Below, one piece after another: positions 23,372 to 35,517 of a stretch of DNA of 43,812 bases (positions are counted from its first letter, which is position 1; each line of letters opens with the position of its first letter). The stretch spans positions 1 through 43,812 of the forward strand of contig FLMG01003186.1 of the NCBI GenBank assembly GCA_900088475.1, read 5' to 3'. This stretch comes from Hyphochytrium catenoides. Lineage: Eukaryota; Protista; Hyphochytriomycota. Position numbers and translations under genes: made by a program. Below the pieces are notes generated by a model. The model saw only the letters and a program-made list of their open reading frames with translations, searched no databases and was not told where the DNA came from.

Positions 23372-25334
23372 CTAGCCGTACATGTCGTCATCATTGCCAG
23401 CATTTCCACCTCCTCCAGCACCCCCTGAGCACATAGTAAAGGAATTTTCAGTTTGAAAATACGCGAAAAATGTGTTCATGTTGCTTTCACTCACCTTGTC
23501 CACCGGGTGCAGGAGCAGCATCCCAGTCAGCCATAGAGTCCATTAAAAAGTTTGCAGCCAACGCCTCATTCTTGTCACAGGCAAGATAAGCCTGTAGAGC
23601 CTCACTACGGTCAAAGCCCAGCTCAGCTAGCCTATTGATGGCTTCGCTCTCCTCCTGAGTAAGCTGTATGGTCACAGGCGTAGGTCCACCCAAACCTCCT
23701 CCCCCGCCGCCGCCAGCAAGCGAGCCTAGCATTTGCTGCATAACCTCGGGAGGCATGGTGGCCATCATCTGCGTAATCTGCTGTAGTTGTTCGGGAGTCA
23801 TACCTAGGGAGAGATAAACGAGGACGAACAGGAGTAGGATAGGGATTAGCCTCTCAAACGGCTAAGGCCGTCGCGTAACAGGCAAGGACAAAACTTCTCA
23901 CACCATAGATAAGATGAACTCGACTGAGATATGAAGAAGAGATCGCGAAGAAACTTTGAACTGCGCACAAGGAGCAGCCCCCTCATACCGAGAGCTGCAG
24001 CCATCTGTGTACGCTGCTCTGGAGGCATGCCCTGAATCATAGTTAAGAGCTGCTGAGGGTCCATTCCTGCATCCCCTGGGAGCCCTGCTGCAGGTGGAGC
24101 CCCTGATCCTGGTTGTGTAGGTCCTGTGGAAGAGGGAGTAGCTGTCGAGCCTATCGGCTCATTTAGCATCCTAACGAACTCTTCCTGATGTCTGTGGATT
24201 AGCTGGAGCAGCTCAGGGTCCTAATGACGAGAAAACATTGGTAATGGTGAAAACCTCATTGCCATATCTCTTCTCATAGTCTGGCCGTTCCCCCTTCTTA
24301 GCTTTAGATAGGTATTGCTTACCCTCTGTCCAATCTGCTGAAGGACAGCCGGTAGAGCAGCAGGATTGGATTGGACCAGCTGTCGCAGGCTGTCTATTTG
24401 AGGGTGTCGTCGGAGCTCCTCGAGAGCTGAAGCGTCCCCAGCAGCTGATCCTCTATTTGTAGGTGGAGCAGGAGCACTTCTGGATGTTTCTGGAATACCG
24501 TTCATCAGATACTCTACAGCGCGATCGGGATTGTTGAAAGCTGCAGCTAGTGCAGCCCGGACCTGCAGCCAGGCGAGTTTAAAGGCGGCAAGGCCAGTGA
24601 TGCCACCATAAGACCCTTTCAATCACCAAATCATTCGGTGGGCATCTACCTGGTCCTCTGGAAAGCCCATATCAGCTAGCTGTCGAACAATGGCAGGATC
24701 CTGCATGCAATTGAAGGAGTTAGGTAAGGTAAGAGACAGTAAAAGTCAACAAGGCGAGTTTTCGAACGCACCGCTGCTCCGACTCCGGTGGCAGTCGTGG
24801 AGGGTGTCGAGGTTGATGGTGCTGCAGAAGAAGCTGAAGGTGTTGTCCTGCGAGGTGAAGCTGGTCTTGGTGCTGCAGGAGCTGCAGCAGGAGTTGGAGC
24901 CGGAGCTGCTGATGGTGTAGGGGCTGGAGCTGGTGCAGGGGCAGGAGCCGGAGTTGCAGGCTTTGCTGCACCTGCTTTGGGCTAAAAATATAGAAAATAA
25001 GGTGGTGCGCGCGAGACAAGTATGCCGCTTTCTCCCTACCTTTGAGACCATGCAGACAAAGAAGTCTGTCTCTTTCACATTGAGGTCCTTCAAAGTTTGT
25101 TCATCCTTCAGAACTTTGCCCGCATGAATGAGCTTTTGCAAATCTGTCTTGTAGCCTTGTTGAGCCTCAATCTTACTTTTCACCTGAAGAACCTATTGAA
25201 TCCGATGGATTACCAAGAAGATAGGTTAGCGTGGTGTAGCACGGCGAGAGAAGAGAGTGTAAGTTCACCGTATCTTCCAGCGAGGCTTCCACAGCAAACT
25301 GTGTGCCGGTGATCGTCTTCACTGTCAGCTTCAT
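23372..25334 (-). CDS. RAD23: UV excision repair / proteasome shuttle protein RAD23 (UBL-UBA1-XPCB-STI1-like-UBA2), 8 exons
   Basis: UBL MKLTVKTITG...QKLIHAGKVLKD...FFVCMVSK; Pro/Ala linker; UBA1 [34 protein letters not shown]; XPC-binding LRQLVQSNPAALPAVLQQIGQRDPELL; UBA2 EESEAINRLAELGFDRSEALQAYLACDKNEALAANFL; C-terminus DDDMYG*. Confidence 0.95.
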
Positions 25335-26105
25335 TTTATTTCTGCCTTACGACTTTCCACTACGTTAGGCGGAGGACAGACTCCCTGAGCACTTGTCAGA
25401 GCTCTGGAAATTCTTTAGTTCTGTCTGGGCTGCGTCACTTCAACAGAGATTGATCAAGCCGCCGCAGATCTTCATCAATCTCAGAAGGTGAAGCCAAGAA
25501 GATCATCGCACCTCAACGAATATCCAAAGAAAGCCATGAATACTATGGAACTGGCAACGCCACACACCCGGGGGCAGCAAGGGTCAGTACTGTAAGGGCT
25601 GTATAGTATCTAGAGCATTCAATTGGCGGTCCCCCCCAGGTCTTGGGGGACATTCACCCGCCAGACTCCACAAACCCTGTGCCTTTCACTCTGCAAGGAA
25701 TCCGTCACTGAAGCTTCTATGGGTTTACAGCTAAGCCCCACGCTAATGCGACTATATCAAGCGAGAGAATCACACAATTGATTTTGAATTACCGGCCTTT
25801 GATTATCTCTGTGTCGCCATCGTGGGAAACTTTCTACTCGTACAGAGGCAGCATCACTTTATCACAAAACTTGTGTGGAGTCTTGAAGTGTACCTCGAAC
25901 TTGCAGAGTGGAACTATGTCTTCATGCGCTGATGAAGCTCGAGAATTTTAGTGTCAATAGCTAAACAGTCAAGAGAAGAGACGCCTCAGTGGTTCATCCC
26001 ATAGTGGTCCGGAGAAGGGGGCAGTTAATCTCCAGATTGATCTTCTTCACGTGCCGGTTCATAGCGTCACGTATCGCACTTCGCACTTGAAGCCGAGACG
26101 GAACT

Positions 26106-27342
26106 ATGTTTAGCACCTTTGACATCAGCAAGTTCAAGTCCAATCTGAAGATGGCGAGCAACCGTATTCAGATTATCAAGACCCAAAGGACGCAGTTGAG
26201 TAAAGCAAGCTTGCGAGAGATCTCTCAACTGCTGGCTCAAGGCAAAGAGGAGAAGGCCAGAATAAAGGTAAGCCAGCCTTTCTCGTCTAGTTATCTGGTC
26301 AGATGGTTCAGCATACGTCCTCTTTAGGTGGAAGGGGTGATCAATGACGACAACAAGTGCGAAGGTTTGGAAATCCTGGCTTTGTTATGCGACTTGCTAT
26401 GTCAACGCGCGGTGAGTAAACTGCTTGTTTCCTCTCCTGCAGTATGGGCTGAACTGTGCTGCCAATACTAGGACCTTCTCAAAGCGGAAAAGAACTGCCC
26501 TTATGACATGAAGGAGGCCGTTTACACAGTCGTCTGGGCAGCTGACCGATCGGGCATTGGCGAGCTGGCTGAGGTGAGAGGATGCCTAACTGCCCAGTCT
26601 TGCCATAGCTCATAGTAGAATCTAGGTCAAACGACAAATCGCTAAAAAATATGGTTCGGACTTTGTGGCCGCGGCAATGCAGAATAGGGAAGGCATTGTG
26701 AACGAAAAGGTTACTCAGAAGCTGAGCATACAGGTACCCATGACCTGTGACGAAGCTGAGGTCAATATATCCTCTAACCACATGGCAGCCTCCTAGTGCA
26801 GCACTCGTTCAACGCTATCTCATGGAAGTGGCAGCAACCTATGGGGTGGCCTGGACCCCCGCAGAGGAGATTCATGACACCATTCAACCTGCAAAGGTTA
26901 GTTTGAAAGAGCCTCCACGATGTCCTGTGTTATTCTGAATCACCCGATATAGGTTCCTCATGGAAAAGATGCCACTATGGCTCCAGCGTCCGGGCTCAGC
27001 TCGGCATGGACTCCTCCTCCCACTGCCCCACCTCCACCTCCACCTCCTCCTGCGGTAAGCACTCCTTCTCAAAATTACGCCGCCATGGTTCTAAAGCTAG
27101 CTGAACTATGACGTAGGCCAACCTGGACCTCTTTAACATTCCTACGGGAATCCCTGGCGCTGAAGCGTCAGCACCTGCTGGTGCCCCGCCACGCAGCCAG
27201 CCTTTAGCAGCTGATGGTAAGCTATAGACGTATATACCACTTTCCATTGGATACAGTCTCACTAACTCTCCGGGCAGATCCTTTACCTGACTTTGACGAA
27301 CTCGAGCAGCGCTTCAATGCCCTTCGACAATCGTTGAGATGA
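26106..27342 (+). CDS. IST1: IST1 homolog (ESCRT-III-associated regulator of Vps4), 8 exons
   Basis: Spliced product includes FKSNLKMASNRI...REISQLLAQGKEEKARIKVEGVINDD...LEILALLCDLL, MKEAVYTVVWAA...ELAEVKRQIAKKYG and PPSAALVQRYLMEVAATYGVAW. A Pro-rich linker precedes the C-terminal MIM DFDELEQRFNALRQSLR*. Confidence 0.92.
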
Positions 27343-27978
27343 TGCCCTGGGGTTATTGCATTCCACCTAGAATATTAGGACACCTACTTATTATCTTGCC
27401 CTTTGACATCTCCACATCTCACATTGAACCTTCCAGATGTGATCATTATCTGCCCACTTCAGGTCTCTTTGATCTAGGGTCAGTTGCTCTTGGAGGCCGA
27501 GCATCAAGAGCTCGGGATCAAGAGCGCGGGGTTCTGATTCCCAACGTTTGCTCTGACATTCTTGGGCATTCCCAAATCTTATTGATACAGATACAGAATC
27601 CGAACTCCTAAAATTAGCCGGGTCCATAATCTACCTAACTTATATTCCTGATTAAGATCTCATTGTAGCAAAATCCGTTACTGTCTCTCCTCCTCCTCTT
27701 GCCACACATCATCAGCGCACACCTTCAACATCAACAGCCACGACGCTGACTGCTGGAAGCCATTCGGCTCGCTCACTTCTTGGTCTTATAGCTTAAAGCT
27801 CTAGATCTCTCTGGAGGAAGGAGGCTTTTGATGGTTGCTACTGCCTCGAGTGATGCCTCGTGGAATCCTGGGCTTGGACTTGGTTCCAGCCTGCTTAGTT
27901 TTAGGCCCGCTTCACTGCGTCTTTGGGGCCCAACTGGTCACATTTCAATGAACCCTTGGGTTGGATGCGCGTAGCAGC

Positions 27979-30900
27979 ATGAGCACAGGTGCTTGGACTT
28001 CCGAGGCATTGCAGCGACAGAAGCGCTTTGAGCTGATCTATAAGACCTTTGTCAACTCTCCGCCGGCTAAGCTTGCCATTCGTGAGAAAAATATCTCCAT
28101 CAAGGAGCCGGAGAAGTACCTTAAGGTAGAGTCCTTCCTCTTCTTAAGGCTATGACTAGGCACCTCATAGCTTCCCGTTCTTCCTTCACTTAGAAAGCCT
28201 GCGCTCCCAAGTACGACGTCAAAGACTCTTTGGTATCATGTGCCCTGCCTGCGGAGCTGTTTGGTCTGGTGCAACAGCAACAGCCTGATGGAAAGTGGCT
28301 CTGGACGACAGAGTTCAGAGAGATCTTTAAGGATGTACTGCCGTACCCACCACAGGGTGTATCAGACTGGAGATGGGCAACAGCGATTGCGCTAGTTATG
28401 TTCAGAAGGTCAGGAGAGAGTTAGAAAGGAGCCCTGGCATGGCCTGGCGGTCCAACATGCCGCTCTATGAGTCGTTCCTGCAGCTCTTTCCTATGCTCTT
28501 GTTTTCCTTCTCCAGTCGAAGGGGATCTCTTTTCATGACCTCACCCTCTGGTCCACTCTAGATATCCTGAGTATTTTGATGGACTGCACGAAGTCTATGC
28601 GAAGGGAACTCGTCACGCGTCCACTTCCATCGTTGACATGGCCAGGGAGATGTTGCCGCCTTGTCCCTGCTCCTTTCCGGTAGGTGAAATATCTCGGCTA
28701 CGTGAACAGCCGGGGGACGCGTACTCTCTCTTCTCTTCTCTTTTGCCCACATCTTTCTTTGCCTTTCGCTCCGTTTGTTTTGATTCTCTTCGTCCTATCG
28801 GTATCCCTTGACGTCTGGCCCCCGCACGGTTCAATGCAACTACAGCCATCTATTCCTAGCCGCTCCAATCTTGGGTCTTCACTAAGTACCGAGGACAATA
28901 CCACTTCTGATTCCGTCAACCAGGGAAGCCCTCCGATCAGTGTTCGGATATCCTCTCACACTGACTCTTTTCTCCTTGTCGTTGCTAGCTGGACCTGGAG
29001 ATGGTCCATCGAGGTGAGTGGCAGCAGTGTGCTGCTGTTGCTGCAAGCCAGGGCCTCGTAGAAGCTACTCCGGATTGGGACGAGTCTTCCGCCGGTCCTC
29101 TTCCTCAGGAACCAGCGGGTATTCAGCTCTCTTACGTCTAACCGAGGGAGATCTTTTAGTAGAGCCTCGCATTTCTCTCTCCCAGCTATCATCTCGCTCT
29201 CCGCTATCACCTTTCTCTTTGCTCATTTTTGGAGCGACCTTCTTCTTAGCCACTCTCCATGTTCCTTACCTAAATCTTTGCCACCGAAGGAGAATCCCAC
29301 GATAGTGCCCTAGAGCAACTTGACAAGCGGATCTTCTCTCTTACGGAAGAAAGAAGGTCAACAACTCATGATAGGACAGGAACAGCTGACAGTACATTGC
29401 TCAAACCTGGCAGACGCGCAAAGTCTATCCGGAAAAGACGAATCAACGACAAATATCAAGGGGACAAGTTTGGGACTGATGTTCTAGACCTAGAGCTTAG
29501 ATTGGCAATCCGCCATCACGCCCACCGGAACTTTCAGGTCTGACTTAACTATCCTCTCCTCTAGCTCACATCTCACAATCCTCGTATCTGAGTTGCTGAG
29601 AGGCGCCCAGAGGTTCCCTTTCATACCTTGTTGCCATTGTCTTGACATCCGCGATTATTAACTGAGATCAGGTGGGTGATAGCGCTCTCTGCCGCTTCCG
29701 AAGTAAGCGAAAGCACGATCGTCCAACAGTTTGTGACAAATGGTTCCCTGTCGAGGTAAGATAGGGCTTCCCACCTTGGCATCGCTCTTCTCTCTTCTAT
29801 CTGGAGTTTGCCTATTCTTTTCCACAGTTCGGCATTTCCTCTCGTCATCCTCTCGGGTCGCAGAGATTGAACTCGACGTTAGCCTTCTTGCCAGTTCTTA
29901 CTCCTGTCCCCTTCAATTTATTCGATACACCTGACGGTTGTGGTTCTGATAAGATTGTCCGAGTCCGGGGGGAGGACGCCTTTGACGTTCAGTTTGTGGA
30001 TGGAGAGAGAGAAAAAGTTTCCTCCGTGCCTTCCCTCCACCTGAAGTTTGATGGAGACAAGGAGAGAGAGCTAGCCGCTGATTATATGGAACAGACTGTC
30101 GAGCATTGGGTCAATCCTACGGCTCCTCCTTCGAAGGCGAGAGTTGACAAAGACAAGGTAAAAAGACGGACGCATCTCATGTATCTTGACCTAGTCAGCC
30201 CATCGTCTTTAGATAGGTCTGATTTTCTCCTCTGCTCGAAAATCTCTCTTGCCTCTTGGCTCTCCACGATCGCTCTCCGCAACTTGAAACGCATGTGACG
30301 CTGGAAACTAGCGGAGAGCAAGAGTGAAGGCACAGCAAGCGGCGGGATCGCTTGACCTCGGCGTCAAATCTATGTCTTCTGGTCTGCAAGCAATAGGACT
30401 GGAACGAAAGNNNNNNNNNNNNNNNNNNNNNNNNNNNNNNNNNNNNNNNNNNNNNNNNNNNNNNNNNNNNNNNNNNNNNNNNNNNNNNNGTTACGAGGAG
30501 GACCTGGCCAAGGTTAGGCCCTTGTTAAAGGAAGCAGAAGCCCTGCATAGGTAAGGAACAGACGATGAATGGGAGCAAATACCCTAACAGTTGAAGAGAC
30601 AGAGGAAGATGGATAGTAAGGTGGATGGACAGAAGGATAAGGAAAGAGTAAGACAGAAATGCAAAATGGATGATGCTTGAAAAGTCGGTGACTGACTCTC
30701 GGCCCACCTTCTGCTGGTTTGCCAGAACTGCTCGCACGGAGTTTGAGAAGTATCGCTCTTTCGATCTCTTGACAAGACAACTCTATGTGGTGGCGCAGCG
30801 GGCTCTAGAAGTGATTGAGGCTGAGACTGAGCGACGCAATCAACCCGCGTCTAAGCCTTTCCTATGGAATGGGAGGAACATTCTCCTCCAGGTAAGCAGG

Positions 30901-31881
30901 TGGCATTGTTAAGGGTGTTGGTCAAGGGAGAGCCGCTCTTGACTAAGTAACGCCCCGTCTTCCGCTAGATTCTCACGGGGCTGGACTTTCTAAAGCAATC
31001 GCAACTGCTGGTAGGGCTCTACCTTTCTTCGTTTTTCCCAATGACTTCGTCATACACCTCGGCTCCTTCAACGCTGTTCTAGTGCACCCTCTCTCGCCGT
31101 ATCATACCTGTCTCCCTTCTTTCACTTATGTGTTACCCGTCGGCATTGCGCCCTCTCTCCTACTCGATCCTCTCGTTTCGGTCGCTTTGTCCTCCTCCTA
31201 CCGTTCTGAATAGTCATTGCCCTGCTCTCTCCTCTACTTATCCCTTCTGGCCACCTCTTCTTGAAGGTGAACTGGTACGGCGCCGACTTCCCCTTTCGAC
31301 GGAATCCATTCATGCGGCCCATCAGCATCGATGAGAGGGCTCCCTCGCCTAGAGAGCCCTCTCCAGTTCGTACTATCATCGACAACAAGACAGTTATGCA
31401 GATCCCCCGCAAGCTCATGGAGGTAATTAGTTCCCTATCCTACTCGATACCATCACCCTTTCTCGCTTCCTATTCTCATCCTTCTGTCAATCTTCCTCGC
31501 TCTATAATCCGTTGTGGAGAACGGCAGCCAATATCTTCTATTGAGGAGCTGCATTTTCTACTGTTCATTTAGCATAGCGTTAGACAGGACGTTTTCCCCG
31601 GGAAGCGTTTGGCCAGAGCTCGGCTGTCGTCTTGTCATTTGTCAGACTAACGCTTCCTATCCACGAAGCCTTCATCAAATCACTGGCTTACTGATTCTCC
31701 TCTCTGTTGGACCCTCTTCTTTAAGATTTATGAGAAGGAGCTAGCCGCTATAAGTGCAATGGAGGAGCGACTAGCTAAGGCGGCTCCTTGGTGGCCGAGT
31801 GCCTTCCACTCTTCGGAGCTCTCCAGACGCTTCAGAGCTGCAGAGCTTGTACTCCTAGAGGAAGAAGAAAGAGCAAAGTAG
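27979..31881 (+). CDS. Uncharacterised multi-exon protein with a Tudor/Agenet-like domain; interrupted by an assembly gap
   Basis: Phase-consistent exons include LVQQQQPDGKW...WATAIALVMF (N-terminal helical module), FQVGDSALCRFR...WFPVEIVRVRGEDAFDVQFVDG (Tudor-like) and KPFLWNGRNILLQILTGLDFL...WYGADFPFRRNPF, ending AAELVLLEEEERAK*. Start codon and some internal exons are uncertain. Confidence 0.6.
30411..30489. other. Assembly gap (Ns); others at 37113-37156, 41234-41309 and 42805-42837
   Basis: N runs in the sequence, mostly in the repeat-rich right third. Confidence 1.
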
Positions 31882-33192
31882 CTCAGTCTAGGATTCGCTC
31901 GGACTGTCTTGTACCAAATAGATTGGATAGACCGTAAGAGGAACAACGTGAGAGCAAAGGCTTCACAAGGTGCCCACAAAACGATCCAGAGCCTGGCTAA
32001 GCAGTGGTTTGAGCGCTTCCTGCCACAGAGTTGAAAGAAGCCATTCCTGAGTCCTGGCAGGGCATTAGGAGCTTTCGTTTTCGTATCACGGTTTTGCTCT
32101 TTGCTGCGGGGCTCCTCGTCTGGCTGAGATGCACGAGACATCTTTACCGTCGGCTTCAAGTATAATCAACGGAGGCGGCTCCAGCTGGTGATGCTTTAAC
32201 TCTCCGAGAAGAAGTGCTCTCGTGTGGGTGTGGGTTTGACACGTGAAGCGACTGTCCTGATCTTCTCTGTATGAAAAAAGGACACGGCAAATCGTTCGTT
32301 CTGCTCGTTACCCTGTTCATACTTGAAAGGCAACCAGGCAAACAAGAGAAGACAAGAAAGACGACCGAGCGCGCGCGCGCGAGAGAGAGAGAGAGAGCAG
32401 GCAGGGAAGTGAGAGCGACAAATTGGACATTAAGGAGCAAGAAACTCGATTGCCCAGGAGTCTAGCGCCAAAGTATTGACAATCCCTAAATCAGCGCAGG
32501 ATGCTTACTAGGACTTGAAAAGATTAATGCGTTAAACTCTCACAGGGTGGCAGGTCGCACCCTGTGAGACACTGATCCAATAGATGCCCACGCACCGCCT
32601 GCGTGCATACATGGCCACAATCTCCTACCTTCACAGAAACAGAGATACGAAGCAGACGAGTCCGCTCAGATCTGTTAACAGGGCTTCAGAAGATAAGCAC
32701 GAAGCCTTTCCGTTCTCAGTTCTCCAAGGAAAGTATTGGGCATCGCTTTGTCGAGCTCGCTCTTCCTCTTCAAGAAGAAGAAGAATCAGAATTATAATGC
32801 GATAAGATAAGGATGATAGACAGCGCTACCACACATATTAACATAGATCATAATGACCCACGGCATTATTCGCCTTCCTTTTCTATTCTGTAGCCGCTAA
32901 ACGCGACAAGATAAGGATTCCTTTGGCTGTTTTTGGCGCCAATTCAGAGATCAGAAACCGATTTCTCAACATTTTTCTCAGTTTATCGAAGGAGAGCATC
33001 TGGGTTTGCTTCTCACTTTTCATAGGACCTTGCGCTTAGATGTGGCCGCCTCTCTCACTTAACATAGAGCCTTGGCACCAACGTCGAGTCTCAGTCTAGG
33101 ACAAGGAGTAACTAGGGTATGACTACGGCTCTTGGATCCGAGGACCCGAGTGCGAGCGAGCAGCAATAGCTAGGCTCTCCGAAGGGAAGGCG

Positions 33193-34782
33193 ATGAGGGA
33201 GGAGGAGAAACCAATTCTCTCTTGCAAGGTTGATAATGCTAAAGCTATCACCACCATCCTCTCCTGCCTGAGCGATGGAAAGAAGGATCAGGTAGCATAT
33301 TGCGACATCACCGAAGAAGGTAAGGAAGATCTAGTTTAGCTTTCCATTGAGGCTACCCCTACTACCCTAGACTGAATGTTCGCAATTTCGCAGGTCTAAC
33401 CTTCTCGGTCATGTCAAGGTCTAAGTCTGTGCAGGTAAGAGAGATGTTAGAACGGGACATTCACAAGTCCGAGGCCTCAGCACTTGCGGTCTGACTTTCT
33501 AACTATTTGGTTTTCCTTCCTTGTCCTCTTCGCCGTCATAGGCACAGTGCTTCGTTCCCAAAGCGCTCTTTCAAGACTATTTATATGGCTTCGACAAGGA
33601 GGCAGAGATGGGGGACGTGCACTGCAAGTTCAGTCTCCCTAGTTTGTTGGACTGTATGAGCATATTTGGACCCTCTAGCCTGATGCAGACGTCACTAAGT
33701 ATGCACTACTATGCGGAGGTAGGTATCCTTCGTCATCCCTCCTAACCAAGCGCAGTTTTCCTGACAAGCACTAGAGGTCTCTCTTTGCATTAGTTTTGGA
33801 AGAGCATGGCGTGATAACAGAGTGCGAATTGAAGACGCTTTTTGAGTCAGATGATGAGGTGAGTGCGCAGAGATTTAATAGTAGGATGGACCCGAGATGA
33901 CAGCAAGTCAAGGACGCCCGGCCGATCTGAACCTTCCCTCGTCTTGACAGTCGCTCTCCTTCTCAAGCATAAATGTGGTTTAGAGTCTCCGTCATCCTGC
34001 ACGCCCGTGCTAATCCCTTGTGCTTTCTTATGTCTGTCCTACAGCGGGAGTTCGCATCCTCATTTGTTAGTGCATTTAGAGAGTCGCCAGTCTGCGGAAA
34101 GGCGATATTCAAGTCTCTAAGCCTCAAGGAAGCCATCAGCGAGATTTTTGAGTTGCCCGGCGCCGCCTCGATTCATCTGGCTTTGTCTCCTAAGGAGCCG
34201 AACCTTAGAATAGCAATCTATGGAGAGTCGAATTCCTGCTTCTTCGATTTCCCAAGCACGTCACCGCTCTTTGTCGGCTTTGAGTGGTAAGAGTCATTAA
34301 CAGAGTGCCGTTCCTTTCCTTGCTCTTCAGTCTTATGTCCGCTTCTCTTCTGTCTTCATGTCAACTTCTTGTCTCTCTCTGTCTGTACGTCTGTCTCTTC
34401 ACTCTCTGTTCTGTCTATCATTTTGCCTGCCTGTCTGTCTCTCGCTCTGCCTCCCTCTTTTTCTACACTTCTGAGCGTTGCATAGTTCGTGACTCTGTGT
34501 TGCTGTCTAACCTTACGGACGTCCTCCCTGGATTCTCTTCTTCTATCGACAACCATCAGCACTGAGAAAATAGAAGCAAAGTACCACGTCGCTGCTCTTT
34601 TGCATGCCTTCAAACCGCTTCACGCCGCTTCTGAAACGTTTCTACGTACCAACGAACAGAGCATTCTCTCCATCCAACACCTGATAGAAATTAGCAGCGG
34701 ACAGAGATGCTTCATAGACGTTCTTATCTCTCCTGAGATAGATGATGAGGGGACCGACGAGGATCAAAGCAGCCTCTACTGA
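33193..34782 (+). CDS. RAD1: Cell-cycle checkpoint protein RAD1 (9-1-1 PCNA-like clamp subunit), 6 exons
   Basis: Rad1/Rec1/Rad17-type motifs after splicing: SCKVDNAKAITTILSCL...ITEEGLTFSV...KSVQAQCFVPKALFQDY, SLLDCMSIFG, LVLEEHGVITECELKT, LKEAISE, LSPKEPNLRIAIYG and KPLHAASETFLRTNEQSILSIQHLI, followed by an acidic tail. Confidence 0.88.
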
Positions 34783-35517
34783 CCAGCTGCAAATCGTGAA
34801 TGGCTTTCACATCGTCCTTTGTTGGAATCTTTGCTGTCTCTTCTTCTTTTGCGGAAGAAGTGGTTCAACGAGCACTCAGAAGGGAAGCCGCCAGCACTTC
34901 TAAGATGTCTCTTTGGCGAGGCGTTGTACAGGACTCCTGCTAGCTTTCTGCAGGAGCAAATGGATCAGGCCAAGGCGCTCCAGGAAGGTAACGGCTACGA
35001 CTGTTCATTACTCAGTCTCGCTGCCATAGCAGCTACATAGCGGCAGACCTCCTGACATTCCCTTCCGCGCCGAGGTCCGCAAGCGCCTTAAAGCTTCATT
35101 CCAAGGATGGCCCACACACTGCAGCTGAAGGATATTTGTCATCGCGCAGGCAGAACGGCTGGCTTTCTCTCCTATGATCATACATAAATAATGGCTAACT
35201 CTATTCGTCCGTCCTTCTCTCCCCTGAGTACTCCGTTAACAGCCCAAATGTGTGTTCCCCGTGGCACCGCTAACCTCTTGGTGCAAAGGCAACTTCCTTT
35301 CTAGAGTGATAACGACACTTCAATAGCACAAGGACGTCTCTTGCGCGCTGGTGCACCCTCTCGTTCTGGCAGGGCCATTTGACTCTCCGATGTCCATCCG
35401 CCACAACCTTTCCCTCCCTCTTTGAAAGCTGTTGCAGACCTTCTATGTTTTTATCATCCCTTTTCGGATAATCAGTCCCTTCTTTCCCAGTGTCTCTCCT
35501 CTTCCTTGTGTCTCTCC

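Noticed and set aside
25730-25840. GAAAGTTTCCC...GGGGCTTA on the minus strand resembling RNase MRP P4
   Set aside because: Spacing is too short and the motif match is imperfect.
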